Notes: generated by a model not told the origin, from the letters alone. A DNA stretch of 63,619 nt, filler included, from Octopus bimaculoides (GCF_001194135.2; 4 parts of 3 records of this genome joined end to end with filler, not necessarily neighbours in it); one strand, 5' to 3'; counted from the first letter of the whole stretch, positions 49,272 through 63,294 are shown. Made by a program: numbers and translations.

Positions 49272-49901
49272 GGCGAGCTGGCAGAAACGTTAGCACGCCG
49301 TTTCATCTTTTCGAGGTCGATAAATTAAGTACCAGTTACGTACTGGGGGTGATGTAATCGACTTAATCGCTTTGTCTGTCCTTGTTTGTCCCCTCTATGT
49401 TTAACCCCTTATGGGCAATAAAGAAATAAGAAACGTTAGCACACCGAGCGAAATGTTTAGCGGTATTTCGTCTGCCGTTACGTCCTGAGTTCAAATTCCG
49501 CCGAGGTCGACTTTGCCTTTCTTCCTTTCTGGGTCGATTAAATAAGTACCAGCTACGCACTGATGTCGAAGTAATTGACTTAATCATTTTGTTTGTCCCT
49601 GTTTATTTCCTCTATGTTTACCTACCTGTGGACAATAACGAAATATATATATATGTGTGGTGGAAGGTGGCTAACTGGCAGAAACGTTAGCACGTCGGGC
49701 GAAATGCTTAGCGGTATTTCGTCTGCCGCTACGTTCTGAGTTCAAATTCCGCCGAGGTTGACTTTACGTTTCATCTTTTCGAGGTCGATAAATTAAGTAC
49801 CAGTTACGTACTGGGGGCGATGTAATCGACTTAATCGCTTTGTCTGTCCTTGTTTGTCCCCTCTATGTTTAACCCCATGTGGGCAATAAAGAAATAAGAA
49901 A
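49272..49901 (+). mobile_element. Three SINE-A units in tandem (first internally deleted)
   Basis: Units start at about 49272, 49430 and 49668. The junction AAAGAAATAAG|AAACGTTAGC fuses tail to head. Confidence 0.88.
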
Positions 49902-50454
49902 TATACTCGTACGTACAATGAAAGAGGTGGTTGATTTTAAGTTTTTGCACAAGGCTAGGTGGCGAGAGAATAAGAGATATTACACGCACAAATATAATTA
50001 GAAGCTGACAAACATNNNNNNNNNNNNNNNNNNNNNNNNNNNNNNNNNNNNNNNNNNNNNNNNNNNNNNNNNNNNNNNNNNNNNNNNNNNNNNNNNNNNN
50101 NNNNNNNNNNNNNNNNNNNNNNNNNNNNNNNNNNNNNNNNNNNNNNNNNNNNNNNNNNNNNNNNNNNNNNNNNNNNNNNNNNNNNNNNNNNNNNNNNNNN
50201 NNNNNNNNNNNNNNNNNNNNNNNNNNNNNNNNNNNNNNNNNNNNNNNTGGTGCGGAAGTTTGCAGACGATTACAGTCTCCAAATAACTGGAAACTAGCGT
50301 GAATGCATAAAAAGGAATCTTAGAATTACTTTGGTCACAGCCTCAGAGCATTTCTTTTCTGCTTTTGAGAGAAATAGGATGTGACTAATGTACCTTTTGA
50401 GGTAATGATTCAAATCCGCGTGACTTCGGTTCGCAAGAGGTAACGTTTCGTTTC

Positions 50455-50848
50455 CTTATACTCTTTTACTCTTTTACTTGTTTTAGTCATTTGACTGCGG
50501 CCATGCTGGAGCACCGCCTTTAGTTGAGCAAATCGACCCCAGGACTTATTCTTTGTAAGCTTGGTACTTATTCTATTGGTCCTTTTTGACGAACCGCTAT
50601 GGGGACGTAAACACACCAGCATCAGTTTTCATGCGATGTTGGGGGGACAAACACAGACACACAAACAAACATATATATATACATATACATATATACGACG
50701 TGCTTGTTTCAGTTTCCGTCTACCAGATCCACTCGCAAGGCTTTTGTCGACCCGAGGCTATAATAGAAGACACTTGCCCAAAGTGACACGCAGTGGGAAT
50801 GAACCCGGAACCATGTGATTGGTAAGCAACCTACTTACCACACAGAAA
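50455..50848 (-). mobile_element. SINE-B full-length copy
   Basis: Tail CTCTTTTACTCTTTTACTTG through head GAACCCGGAACCATGTGATTGGTAAGC. Confidence 0.85.
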
Positions 50849-51299
50849 TAAAAAGAATCAGCATCTCTTTGTAGCGTGGCTTGCGTAAGCAAGTAAAAAC
50901 CATATGACAATCACCATCATAGGAACAATATCACGTCATCTCCATCGTCATTCTTCGATTGTTGAATGCAAAACGTGGCTTGCGAGACCTCCGATCGGAT
51001 GATTGTTCTGAATCTCCAATTTACTCTTGCACGCCGATCCGTCGCAAGGGTATTTATTTACAGCTGGGTGGACAGGATCAACCTGATATGAAATTGCTCA
51101 AGAACACAACGCACTGCTGATCTTAGATTTGAAACTATGACCCCGCCACAATCGTGAATGTAACACGCTAACCACTGAGTCAGGTTTGCAGCATTTCGTT
51201 CGTCTGTCCCTTCCAAGTTCAGATGTCACCGAAGCCGGCTTTGTCTTTCATCCTTTCGCGATCGCTAAAATAGATACCAGTCAAGTATCAGGGTTAAGT

Positions 51300-51690
51300 T
51301 GTTGTTGTTGTTGGCACTCCGTCGCTTACAACGTCGAGGGTTCCAATTGATCCGATCAACGGAACAGCCTGCTCATGAAATTAACGTGCAAGTGGCTGAG
51401 CACTCCACAGACACGTCTACCTTTAACGTAGTTCTCGTGCATATCCAGCGTGACACAGTGTGACAAGGCTGACCCTTTGAATTACAGGCACACCAGAAAC
51501 AGGAAGTAAGAGTGAGAGAAAGTTGTGGTGAAAAAGTACAACAGGGTTCGCCACCATACCCTGCCGGAGCCTCGTGGAGCTTTCGGTGTTTTCGCTCAAT
51601 AAACACTCACAACGCCCGGTCTGGGAATCGAAACCGTGATCCTATGACCGCGAGTCCGCTGCCCTAACCACTGGGTCATTGCGCCTCCAC
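51300..51690 (-). mobile_element. SINE-C full-length copy with 11-bp TSD, nested in an old SINE-A
   Basis: TSD CAGGGTTAAGT at 51289-51299 and 51691-51701. Decayed SINE-A sequence lies on both sides. Confidence 0.9.
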
Positions 51691-53199
51691 CAGGGTTAAG
51701 TAACAGTACCATAAATACTTGTGCAGCGGGTTTGCGAAGCTGATTTTATCAACTCCATTTTCCAATTGGTACTTTTCTATCAAACAATGGAAGATTAAAG
51801 GTTAAGTAGATGCCGATGGGTTTTCAACTAAGAAAATAAATGTCTCATCTCTAAGTATCACAAGGCATTTTGTCCGTCATTCTACCGCTTCTGCTAAACC
51901 ATTCGTTAACTACTAAAAATATAACAACATCGAGCGTATGGCTTTCGTTTTTCTCTTTCACGCGTCCCTCTGCTGAAGCTCTATACAGTATATTCTAGCA
52001 AATAATTGGTCCCATATTGGTTAGTTGAGCTATATGGCGGTTTCCTATTAACAAAGTTTTCCTCTTTGAAAAGAAGGGAAAATAAAACTACTTTTTTTTT
52101 TTTTTTTGCTTTCGTCTTTTTGTTATCTTAGACTTCTTAATCGCGGATAGAATAACGTTTTGAATCAATTAACAAAATATGGGTCTCAAATTCTTGGCAC
52201 AGGGCCAGCAATTTCGGGGAAGTGGCTAAGTCGATTTCCTCGACCCCAGTGCTCAACTGGATGATACTTATTTCAGCAGCCCNNNNNNNNNNNNNNNNNN
52301 NNNNNNNNNNNNNNNNNNNNNNNNNNNNNNNNNNNNNNNNNNNNNNNNNNNNNNNNNNNNNNNNNNNNNNNNNNNNNNNNNNNNNNNNNNNNNNNNNNNN
52401 NNNNNNNNNNNNNNNNNNNNNNNNNNNNNNNNNNNNNNNNNNNNNNNNNNNNNNNNNNNNNNNNNNNNNNNNNNNNNNNNNNNNNNNNNNNNNNNNNNNN
52501 NNNNNNNNNNNNNNNNNNNNNNNNNNNNNNNNNNNNNNNNNNNNNNNNNNNNNNNNNNNNNNNNNNNNNNNNNNNNNNNNNNNNNNNNNNNNNNNNNNNN
52601 NNNNNNNNNNNNNNNNNNNNNNNNNNNNNNNNNNNNNNNNNNNNNNNNNNNNNNNNNNNNNNNNNNNNNNNNNNNNNNNNNNNNNNNNNNNNNNNNNNNN
52701 NNNNNNNNNNNNNNNNNNNNNNNNNNNNNNNNNNNNNNNNNNNNNNNNNNNNNNNNNNNNNNNNNNNNNNNNNNNNNNNNNNNNNNNNNNNNNNNNNNNN
52801 NNNNNNNNNNNNNNNNNNNNNNNNNNNNNNNNNNNNNNNNNNNNNNNNNNNNNNNNNNNNNNNNNNNNNNNNNNNNNNNNNNNNNNNNNNNNNNNNNNNN
52901 NNNNNNNNNNNNNNNNNNNNNNNNNNNNNNNNNNNNNNNNNNNNNNNNNNNNNNNNNNNNNNNNNNNNNNNNNNNNNNNNNNNNNNNNNNNNNNNNNNNN
53001 NNNNNNNNNNNNNNNNNNNNNNNNNNNNNNNNNNNNNNNNNNNNNNNNNNNNNNNNNNNNNNNNNNNNNNNNNNNNNNNNNNNNNNNNNNNNNNNNNNNN
53101 NNNNNNNNNNNNNNNNNNNNNNNNNNNNNNNNNNNNNNNNNNNNNNNNNNNNNTTTACTTCATATATTTTATCTTTTGTGTGTGTGTGTGTGTGTGTGT

Positions 53200-53415
53200 T
53201 TGTGTGTCTGTGTTTGTCCCCCACCCACCCAATATCGCCTGACAACCGATGGTGGTGCGTTTACGTCCCCGTAATCTAGCGGTTCGGCAAAAAGGACCAA
53301 TAGAATAAGTACCAAGTTTACAAAGAATAAGTCCTGCGGTCGATTTGCTCGACTAAAGACGGTGCTCTAGCATGGCCACAGTCAAATGACTGCAACAAGT
53401 AAAAGAGTAAAAGAG
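53200..53415 (+). mobile_element. SINE-B 3' half
   Basis: Same block as 7262-7505. Confidence 0.82.
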
Positions 53416-53428
53416 TATATTTTTAACG

Positions 53429-53475
<47 letters not shown>

Positions 53476-54041
53476 CACACACACATACAAACACACACAC
53501 ACATATACACACAGACACTTAAGCATGCGCACAAACATATATGTATGTATTAAAGTATATTCTATAGGTGTGTGCGTGTGTGTGTGTGTGTCTGTCAGTG
53601 TTTGTGTATGTGCGTGTGCGTGCGTGTATGTGTGTGTGTTTGTGTGTGTTTGCGTGCGAGTTTAATTGCAAGCATGTGTGGGTATGCGACCGTACACGTG
53701 TTTTTTAGCGTGTGTATATGTTTTACGAGTAAAATGCATTGTGGTGTATATTCGTTTTTGTTTTATTTTATATGGCGGTGAATTATATTTCGGTTTATTT
53801 TAATCTAGCAAAAAAAAAAAAAAGACGAAAAGGGAAACCAAAAAGGTCTCAATCTGGTTCCCATAAAGACATGTAACTTCATTTGAAGCAGAGAAATATA
53901 TATGTATGTATGTATATGTGTGTATATATGTCTGTGCATGTATATGTATATGTGCGTATGTATGTATGTGTCTATAATATATAATGTAATATAATTATAC
54001 AAATGTGTTCATATATATGTATATGTAGAGATGTGTGTATG

Positions 54042-54078
<37 letters not shown>

Positions 54079-54300
54079 NNNNNNNNNNNNNNNNNNNNNN
54101 NNNNNNNNNNNNNNNNNNNNNNNNNNNNNNNNNNNNNNNNNNNNNNNNNNNNNNNNNNNNNNNNNNNNNNNNNNNNNNNNNNNNNNNNNNNNNNNNNNNN
54201 NNNNNNNNNNNNNNNNNNNNNNNNNNNNNNNNNNNNNNNNNNNNNNNNNNNNNNNNNNNNNNNNNNNNNNNNNNNNNNNNNNNNNNNNNNNNNNNNNNNN

Positions 54301-54352
<52 letters not shown>

Positions 54353-54789
54353 ACACACATTGCAAAACAAATAATACGTAAAATACGTAAAATACAAAAG
54401 AACTAACAACTCCCTTCTTCCGTCCTTCACAAAACAATAAAAATAAGCAGAAAGGATCGGGTAGGTTATGGGTAGGTTAAGGTTAGGTTAAAAGACGGGT
54501 GAAGAAATAAAGACGGAATCTCGCCTTAAAACAAAGAACGAAAATCGTAGACCACAAAAATAACAGCAAAGAGACGCTGGTATTTCCTTGGCAAATATAC
54601 CGAAACAATGACGTGTAGTAAAAGATTTTAAAAAAGCGGGGGGGACCAACGAGGGACTGACAGCCAAAAGCGAGGTGGGTGAATTTTGTACGATATAAAC
54701 AGATCTTATAAATGTCCCAACGTGATATATACTTACATATGAGAAGCAGAATGAAAAACTAGACAAATAAATTGATTTAGGTGGAGGAG

Positions 54790-55410
54790 CCGGTGTCTTA
54801 TTTTATGAGTCAATTTGACTTTGAACTGCGAAATTCATAAATCTATAGTTAACGACTTTGATACAGAGATAAACATCATGTTTCGTGATGAAATGGAGTT
54901 AAAATTGCTTAAGGAAACAACTACAAATTGGAAATAAAAGAGAGAAAACAAACTCAATCGCTTACCTTCTTACCTTATATTTCAATATTTGCCTCTAAAA
55001 ACCCTTTATCACAAGCAAAATGGAATATAAGCTTAGCTCTTATCTGTCTCGTAAAAAGCTTTTCAAGGAATCTGCTTACACAAGGCAACAATGTATGTAT
55101 ACTTATCATCTCTCCTGTCAACAATAAGGACGTATTTACGAGCTCATGTGATCTACTGTATGGCATGTAATAAATGTGGTTGGATCTTATATACTCTTGT
55201 GTTGGAATTACTGTTAGCGATAAACAATACGTTTATACAAATGTTTCTTCCGTTAGAAAACATTTGAAGAAATCTCATAACCGGAATAATACGCTTATCG
55301 ACAAAATCTCAGAACGGAATGCTGGAAATTTGAAGATTCAGGACGCTCTCCTTGTTAATAAATCATGCCTTTGCATAAACAACAGACAAGAAATGTGCAA
55401 CGCTAATTAG
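54790..55410 (+). mobile_element. Penelope-like retroelement relic (RT thumb/linker and GIY-YIG endonuclease tail)
   Basis: FLPYI...NNKD..., then SVRKHLKKSH...NLKIQDALLVNKSCLCINNRQE, which resembles the GIY-YIG C-terminal L.I.EAL.I....P.LN...E pattern. Heavily mutated. Confidence 0.5.
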
Positions 55411-55575
55411 TATAGTACCTGCGTAGATTAAAAATTCTAGACATATCGACCAAATCTTGCTCAAATATCGCACCCTACTGTGTTCTGGTGTTGCAAAAGG
55501 ATTATAATCCCTGGAACAGTTCCAGGAATTAGCAAGTTTGGTGCTTTTATTATTTACGCCCAAGAAGGTTTTAAA

Positions 55576-55810
55576 CAGGAGTGGTTGTGTGGTTAAGTAG
55601 CTTGCTTACCAACCACATGGTTCCAGGTTCAGCCCCACTGCGTTGCATCTTGGGCAAGTGCCTTCTACTATAGCCTCGGGCCGACCAAAGCCTTGCAAGT
55701 GGATTTGGTAGACGGAAACTGAAAGAAGCCCGTCGTATATATTTATATATATGTGTGTGTGTGTGTGTGTGTTTGTTTGTTTGTCCCCCTAGCATTGTAA
55801 CTTAGCGGTT
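55576..55810 (+). mobile_element. SINE-B 5' half
   Basis: GGAGTGGTTGTGTGGTTAAG...GGTTCAGCCCCACTGCG...CTTGGGCAAGTGCCTTCTACTATAGCC. Confidence 0.82.
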
Positions 55811-55824
55811 CCTTCCGAACATCA

Positions 55825-55875
<51 letters not shown>

Positions 55876-55930
55876 CCCCCTCACTCTCCTTGTCTCTATT
55901 TGAGTCTCTCTCTCTCACATACATACGCAG

Positions 55931-55985
<55 letters not shown>

Positions 55986-56584
55986 ATCTGTTTGTGTGTG
56001 TAAGCACATTTCCCTTTATGTATATGAAGAGAGTGAAAGAGTTAATGTCGACCGTATTCAATTAATAAACTGTAATGATCCTACCTTCCATCATCCGTCT
56101 CTCCATTTGTATATGTATATTCCTGCGCGTGCGTGTGTGTTTGCATGTTTGTGCATACGTCCAGTTTGCCATGCCAAGTTATCAGCGTCCAAACAGCTGC
56201 GTCAAATCGTCTCATCCTATAGACATAAAACATTTATAAAGCGTGTAATTTCTCCAGGTCCTGAGAGTACAAATAAACCTTCTAAGAGCATTCTCAGTGA
56301 AAGCTCTACCAAAATATACATCCGACAAAATTTAAAATTTCATACGTAAAACTTAAGACGAAAATTCTGACTCATGCTTCTTTGTTTTACAGTATTAACG
56401 AAAGCATCAGTTACATATTAGGCTGAACTTAATTAAAAGCACAAATAAAACACACCGAGTCAGTTCATGGCAAAGCTATATTCCTATTCATGAAAAAGAA
56501 CGAGAGAGTATAAATTGAAAATAAGAAAATGGAGTTATGTAGTGCAAGAGATTTAATATAACCAGTCCACCTTAATAAATATAC

Positions 56585-56618
<34 letters not shown>

Positions 56619-57193
56619 CTTTTCTCATCAAAGACACTGCTTCAATATCAATATAATCATTACTTTATACTTCCTAGTAATTCAATAATTGTTAATAGTA
56701 TAGAAGACAGCTTACGCTAAGAGAATTTTTATTGCATGTCTAATCTAAAAATTAACAGTAAGAAGCAAGATGTACTGTCTGCTGATACTGTAAACTTCTT
56801 TTCAATTATTTACTGAAAACAATGTTGCAGTAACACATGTATATGCGTCTGTGTTTGTATATACATATGTGTGTGTGTGTGTTCATGTGCATACCCATGC
56901 ATGTACGTATATACACATGCATGTACGTATGTATGAATAATAGCAAATGGTAATAATGGTAAGGGTAAGAAACAAGATATACAGTTACATCTTTTCAATT
57001 ATTTACTGAAAACAATGCTACAGTTATATATGTATATGCGAGTGTGTTTGTAAGTGTGTATATGTGTGTGTGTGTACATTTACATATGTATGCATATACA
57101 TACATATACATGTATGTGTGTGTATATATATATATCACACAAAAACATACACGGACACACATATATACACACATATACACACATGCGTATGTA

Positions 57194-58454
57194 CAGGGTC
57201 TTGTAGATAAAATGAGACGAATTTTAAGCAGGTGACCTGGTAGGGTTAATATTTCATTTTTTTGACAAAACCTTGCTTGCTTGAAAATCTAATCCTCCTC
57301 TTTAATTTTCAGGTAAATAGCGAACTAATTCGACAACAGAAAGTCATGGAACAAGTCATGGAATCGTTCTGCCATTGTTGTTTTTTGTGCGCGTAGGGGA
57401 CACTGCCATTAAATTGTTAAGTTGACGAAACTTCCAAAAGCAACAGTTTATCATGTGCATAATCAATTTAAAGAAGAGGGTACGATTGATAGAAAAGAAC
57501 CCAAGACTCGAAGTGATTCCAAGCGCAATCCAAATTTTCTCGCTGGCCTCAAACGCTCAATTGAAGCTAACCCATCTACATCCATGACAACTCTTGAAAA
57601 GAAACGCAATGTGTCCCTTTCCACGGTGTCCAGAGCTGTGAAGCGGAATCCTGGCATGACTAGCCATGTTCGACAACTCCGTCACCTCCGAACAGCCGAG
57701 GCCAAAGCAATCAGAACCGGGAGATGTCCAAAGCTTCTGTCATCCATCAAGCATCAAGGTGCAGGAAAAATGTTCGTGTCTGTGGACGCTGAGGTGAATC
57801 GCAGAAATTCTTTGGGTGATTGTATACAACCCTGCCGACATCCCCGCTGTGTTTGAGACTAAGAATCTTGCCTCTATGATAGTATTTGGAGCCATGGAGA
57901 GTGATGTTAGTGTCATGGATCCACACTTCATTGAGTCTGGCTGGAAGATCGGCACAAATAAGTATCTGGATATTCTGAAGAACTTTGTTACCGTGGATGA
58001 AGCAGAAGTTTGAACTTGACAATGTGATGCTTATCCAGGATTCTGCACCATGACACGGGTCAAAAGCAACACAGGCCTTTCTTGGTGAGCAGGTTCCATG
58101 TTTTATGATGGCCAACATCTAGCCTAGTGATAGCCCAGATCTCAACATTCTGATTACTTTTTATGGGGCGTACTTCAAGCAAGGACCAATGCTTCACCAC
58201 ACTCGAGTGTCAGCAGTTTGAAGACCTGCATCGTGCGTGCGACAAGCAAAATCAAAAAGTAGAAGGCTGCGGCAGCTGCAAAAAAGCTTCGCTCTCGTGT
58301 GGCGCCAGTAATTGCCCAAAAGGGCGGCCATATTGAATGTTGTTTTGCTGTAACGAATGTTACATAAATAATATGTGTTTTCTACCATTATTTTAGCATT
58401 TATGACCAGTTTTATGCATCGTAAAAATTGTCGCAATGTATCTGCAAGACCCTG
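57194..58454 (+). mobile_element. Full-length degenerate maT-type (DD37D) Tc1/mariner transposon
   Basis: TA|CAGGGTCTTGTAGATA...TATCTGCAAGACCCTG|TA. Transposase remnant: KLPKATVYHV...NPSTSM...QDSAP...SPDLNIL(D)Y, with 37 residues between the last two Asp after correcting one frameshift. Confidence 0.85.
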
Positions 58455-59984
58455 TATATTAGATCCAAATACACACACATGCATCACTTGGTTCATACGT
58501 ACATATACATATACATATATACGTACATATACATATGCATATATACATGTATGTACGTTAGTATGAATAATAATAGCAAAGGGTAATAATAAATAGAAGA
58601 ATGAGAGAAAACCTCGCAGGAGAAAGCAGAGGGGTCACAAAGATTTACATGTACATCCATTGGTGATTTTAAAATCTAATCTAGAGGGTCCCTCTATGGG
58701 AGATTCATCCAAGCAAGAGACCGGAAATACACCTTCTGAGCTTCGGAAGCACATGAAGTGCTGCCAGTGCTGGCAGTACCGGCATTTCGTCGGTCACGAT
58801 GACGAGGGTTCGAGTTGATCCAACCTGCTCGTGAAATAAACGTGCTAGTGACTGAGTACACCTCAGACACGCTTGTCCTTAGCGTTGTTCTCGGGACCCA
58901 TTTTTGCTTCAGTAGTCACTAAAGTTAACATCAAAGAGGGGACAGGCCTCTTACATCCGCCGACTTAACGTAGGGCTACAGACGAACGACCGAGAGAAGT
59001 GGCGAATTCTGAATGCGACATTATCAACGTATGTCCAAACCACTTCGCGATCAAGGGATTGCTAGGAAGGAAGGAAGGAAGGAAGGAATGGATGGATCGA
59101 TGAATAGGTGTATATATCATTGTAAGTGTGCATTTTTCTTTTTCCGTCTGTGTACCTTTGCGAGTGCGCGAACACGTGCTTATGAATGAATTATTTAAGA
59201 TACGACATAGATCCAGTTTAAACTCTTTTTATGAATTACGTTTCATATGTTATTGTTCCATTGTGTTTTAACGGCAACAATAGATTGCTTGCTTAGCTCC
59301 ATTGATGTTGTAATATACATTCATGTTTCATAATCTGAACGAAACGACTTTAATTTGAATTTATTGGTTGATTGATGTTAAATATGCTGTTTAGTCGAAA
59401 TCGACTTTGACTGAAAAAAAAAGGGTTCGTTCCGGCCAGGCCGGCCTATCATAATTCACACTTAGTGATGTATGTATGTAGATCTTCAAGATACAGTGTA
59501 TGTTTTTTTTCTTTTCAGCATGGTAGATTTGGGCTTGTTGGGTTGTGGCTGCTGTTTCTAGCAGATCGAACGATGGATAATGCTTACTCTCCCTTCATAA
59601 CTAACAAACATCCAACATAGTTTGACACGTGTTATATTTAATTATTAATGAAACTCGTTAAGCAAATGGTTTGGGGCTTAGAGGCGTATCCTTATATTAG
59701 ATATGATTATATTACAAATAATAATAATAATAATGATGATGATTATGATGATGATCGTGGACATGATGGGAATAATAGTGAAGATAACACTAATAATAGT
59801 AATTCAACTGCAACTACATGTAATTTAACACAAACTTTTAATCATTTCTTTGAAAAAGACGAATATAATAATAGGGAGACGCTTATTATTAAACAAGGAG
59901 TATGGTTGTGCGTGCACCTGCGTCTACGTGTGCGTGTGTGCGCGCAGCTTGCATATGGATGTGTGTATGTGTGTATCTGTAATG

Positions 59985-60052
<68 letters not shown>

Positions 60053-61633
60053 AGTAAAAATAAATACAAAAAAGGTGTTTTTTTTTGTATGATTGTGTAT
60101 AGAGGAATATATTATTTTGTTTAAAAGAGTTCCAACACTGTCTGTTTTTTATGTTTTATTTATATTACAATATATAATATAAAATAAAATAAAATAAAAA
60201 TGGATGGNNNNNNNNNNNNNNNNNNNNNNNNNNNNNNNNNNNNNNNNNNNNNNNNNNNNNNNNNNNNNNNNNNNNNNNNNNNNNNNNNNNNNNNNNNNNN
60301 NNNNNNNNNNNNNNNNNNNNNNNNNNNNNNNNNNNNNNNNNNNNNNNNNNNNNNNNNNNNNNNNNNNNNNNNNNNNNNNNNNNNNNNNNNNNNNNNNNNN
60401 NNNNNNNNNNNNNNNNNNNNNNNNNNNNNNNNNNNNNNNNNNNNNNNNNNNNNNNNNNNNNNNNNNNNNNNNNNNNNNNNNNNNNNNNNNNNNNNNNNNN
60501 NNNNNNNNNNNNNNNNNNNNNNNNNNNNNNNNNNNNNNNNNNNNNNNNNNNNNNNNNNNNNNNNNNNNNNNNNNNNNNNNNNNNNNNNNNNNNNNNNNNN
60601 NNNNNNNNNNNNNNNNNNNNNNNNNNNNNNNNNNNNNNNNNNNNNNNNNNNNNNNNNNNNNNNNNNNNNNNNNNNNNNNNNNNNNNNNNNNNNNNNNNNN
60701 NNNNNNNNNNNNNNNNNNNNNNNNNNNNNNNNNNNNNNNNNNNNNNNNNNNNNNNNNNNNNNNNNNNNNNNNNNNNNNNNNNNNNNNNNNNNNNNNNNNN
60801 NNNNNNNNNNNNNNNNNNNNNNNNNNNNNNNNNNNNNNNNNNNNNNNNNNNNNNNNNNNNNNNNNNNNNNNNNNNNNNNNNNNNNNNNNNNNNNNNNNNN
60901 NNNNNNNNNNNNNNNNNNNNNNNNNNNNNNNNNNNNNNNNNNNNNNNNNNNNNNNNNNNNNNNNNNNNNNNNNNNNNNNNNNNNNNNNNNNNNNNNNNNN
61001 NNNNNNNNNNNNNNNNNNNNNNNNNNNNNNNNNNNNNNNNNNNNNNNNATATATATATATATATATATAAACTAATAATAAATGAGTATATGCATATATA
61101 CGTACAGACATGTGCATACCTACGTCCACCTGTATATATAGGTGCATATCTGGGTACAGGACATCGCAAACAAAACGTAGACAAGAAAATAATAATAACC
61201 AGAGCACAGAAAACACACAAGCCACACAGAGAACATTTTCCTTCATCAGCTACCCCCGTTTTAACACCGGCGTTTCGAAGAGTTATGCATGTATATGTGT
61301 GCGTGCGTGTATGATGGATGGATGGTTGGATGGATACACATCATCCGCAGCACTGTCTTAGGCAGCCCGTCAACAATCGGAGATGAATGTCAAGAATTAG
61401 AGACTGAAGTTCAATCCGATATGTTACATGACATTGTTTAATATTTCAATATAAAATCTAGGCCTATAAGCTTAACAAACATATATTATATATGCGTGAA
61501 TGATGTGTGCTTGCGTGTGTGTGTGTGCGTGCATTTGCGTGAATGCCTGTTTTAGTGCAGACATTTGTATGTAAACACGCGAATATACGCGTGCATATTT
61601 GTACGCATTTGTTCATTTCTGTGCATTTATACA

Positions 61634-61755
<122 letters not shown>

Positions 61756-61886
61756 TGCTCTCTCGGTATATGCAATTATAAGCATTGAACCACCGTCTGT
61801 CTGCGTGTCTGTGTGTTGGCGGTGACGATTATGTGAACCTGTTTTTATGTGGGTCCCTCTCGCATCGCACTCTCTCGCACTGAATA

Positions 61887-61922
<36 letters not shown>

Positions 61923-62834
61923 TGCACAATATATCACCGTCTACGTTTCCTGTAGCGTGCGCAAACAGACGTCATTTGACGCTAATATATTGGTGGATTA
62001 TCTTGAAGAAATCCGTGAAGGAGGAGCGAATAAAGGAAAAACCAAGGCGCTAATATCTGTAATAAGTCAAACTATATCCTTTGAGCGCCTTCCTGACATC
62101 CCGAACACTTCCAGTCGAAAAAATACTGGTCGTCTGTTCATTTTCTCTTTTACTTTATCTCTACATCTTTCTCTCGCAAGCTGTTACCATGGTAATGTCA
62201 GTGTGAACATAAAGGAAACTTAGCCATTGGCACCTTTCAATTGAGTATCGGATGACGGTGAAGAATCGGTTAAAAATCCCTGTGACGGAGTATCGCAGAC
62301 ATCAGTCTGCCAGGAATAAGTGATACGATTTGGTCGATTAATGTTTATACACGAATGTCTGAGCATTACTGATTTTGGAATGCATGATTCGAACGATTGT
62401 AGCGATTCTAGTGCCATTTTTCTTAAAGGTACAGACATGTCAAGATATTGGAGCTCAAATGCACAATTTTTCTTTTCATTTTCTGAATTTAAATTTCATA
62501 TTTGTTATCAGTTCTCAAGCGATGGTGGGTGCGTGAGTGCAAACACAGACACACAGATACATATATATGTTTATATATGTATACATATGTATACATATAT
62601 ATATATATGTATATATATATATGTGTGTATATATGTGTGTGTGTATATATGTAAATATATATATATATGTATGTATATATATATATATACATAGACAGTT
62701 AGGTGATACAAGAAAGGGACAAAACATCCAGATAGACGATACAAAGAAAACACGGACAGGTTATTCGGAGTTTCCTCTCTTCAGTCGAGATCCAGATTAT
62801 CTTTGCAATTTCGGCTGGTTATTCTCGATATTGC

Positions 62835-62914
<80 letters not shown>

Positions 62915-63294
62915 TGGCATTTGGAATTTATCAATCGGTTTCACATGGGATATTAGTTAATCAGATTATCTAATTTCTGTAATCGTCAGAGATATTCAGG
63001 GCAGAGACAGAGAGAGGTGGTAGAAAGAGACGGTTGGGCAGAGGTATACACAGTATACACAAAAATGTTAACACGAACATAGCAGGCACACCGGGATTCT
63101 ACATAGTTTCCATCTAACCCAAACCCATAAACTATGGTAGAAAAAAAACGCATGATGTACCGCACTGTTGGACCCAGCCCCTATATATGCGTTAGTTGTT
63201 AATCGAACGTCGTAATTACTCTACCATGTGTGTGTCGCTGCAACTACCAGTCCAAACATACCTATTACATGACTCCAGATTTATAATATGCACT

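Noticed and set aside
54455-54492. GGTTA/TTAGG telomere-like repeats
   Set aside because: Only a few degenerate units, too short to call an interstitial telomere or a telomeric retroelement junction.
57960-57985. YLDILKN as a possible SDR exon 2 (LDIL…)
   Set aside because: It lies inside the maT transposase remnant and is not followed by INNAG.
61235-61285. CUGAUGA and GAAAC on the minus strand resembling a permuted hammerhead
   Set aside because: Position 17 would be G, helix I does not form and helix II is only about 3 bp. At best it is a decayed repeat motif.
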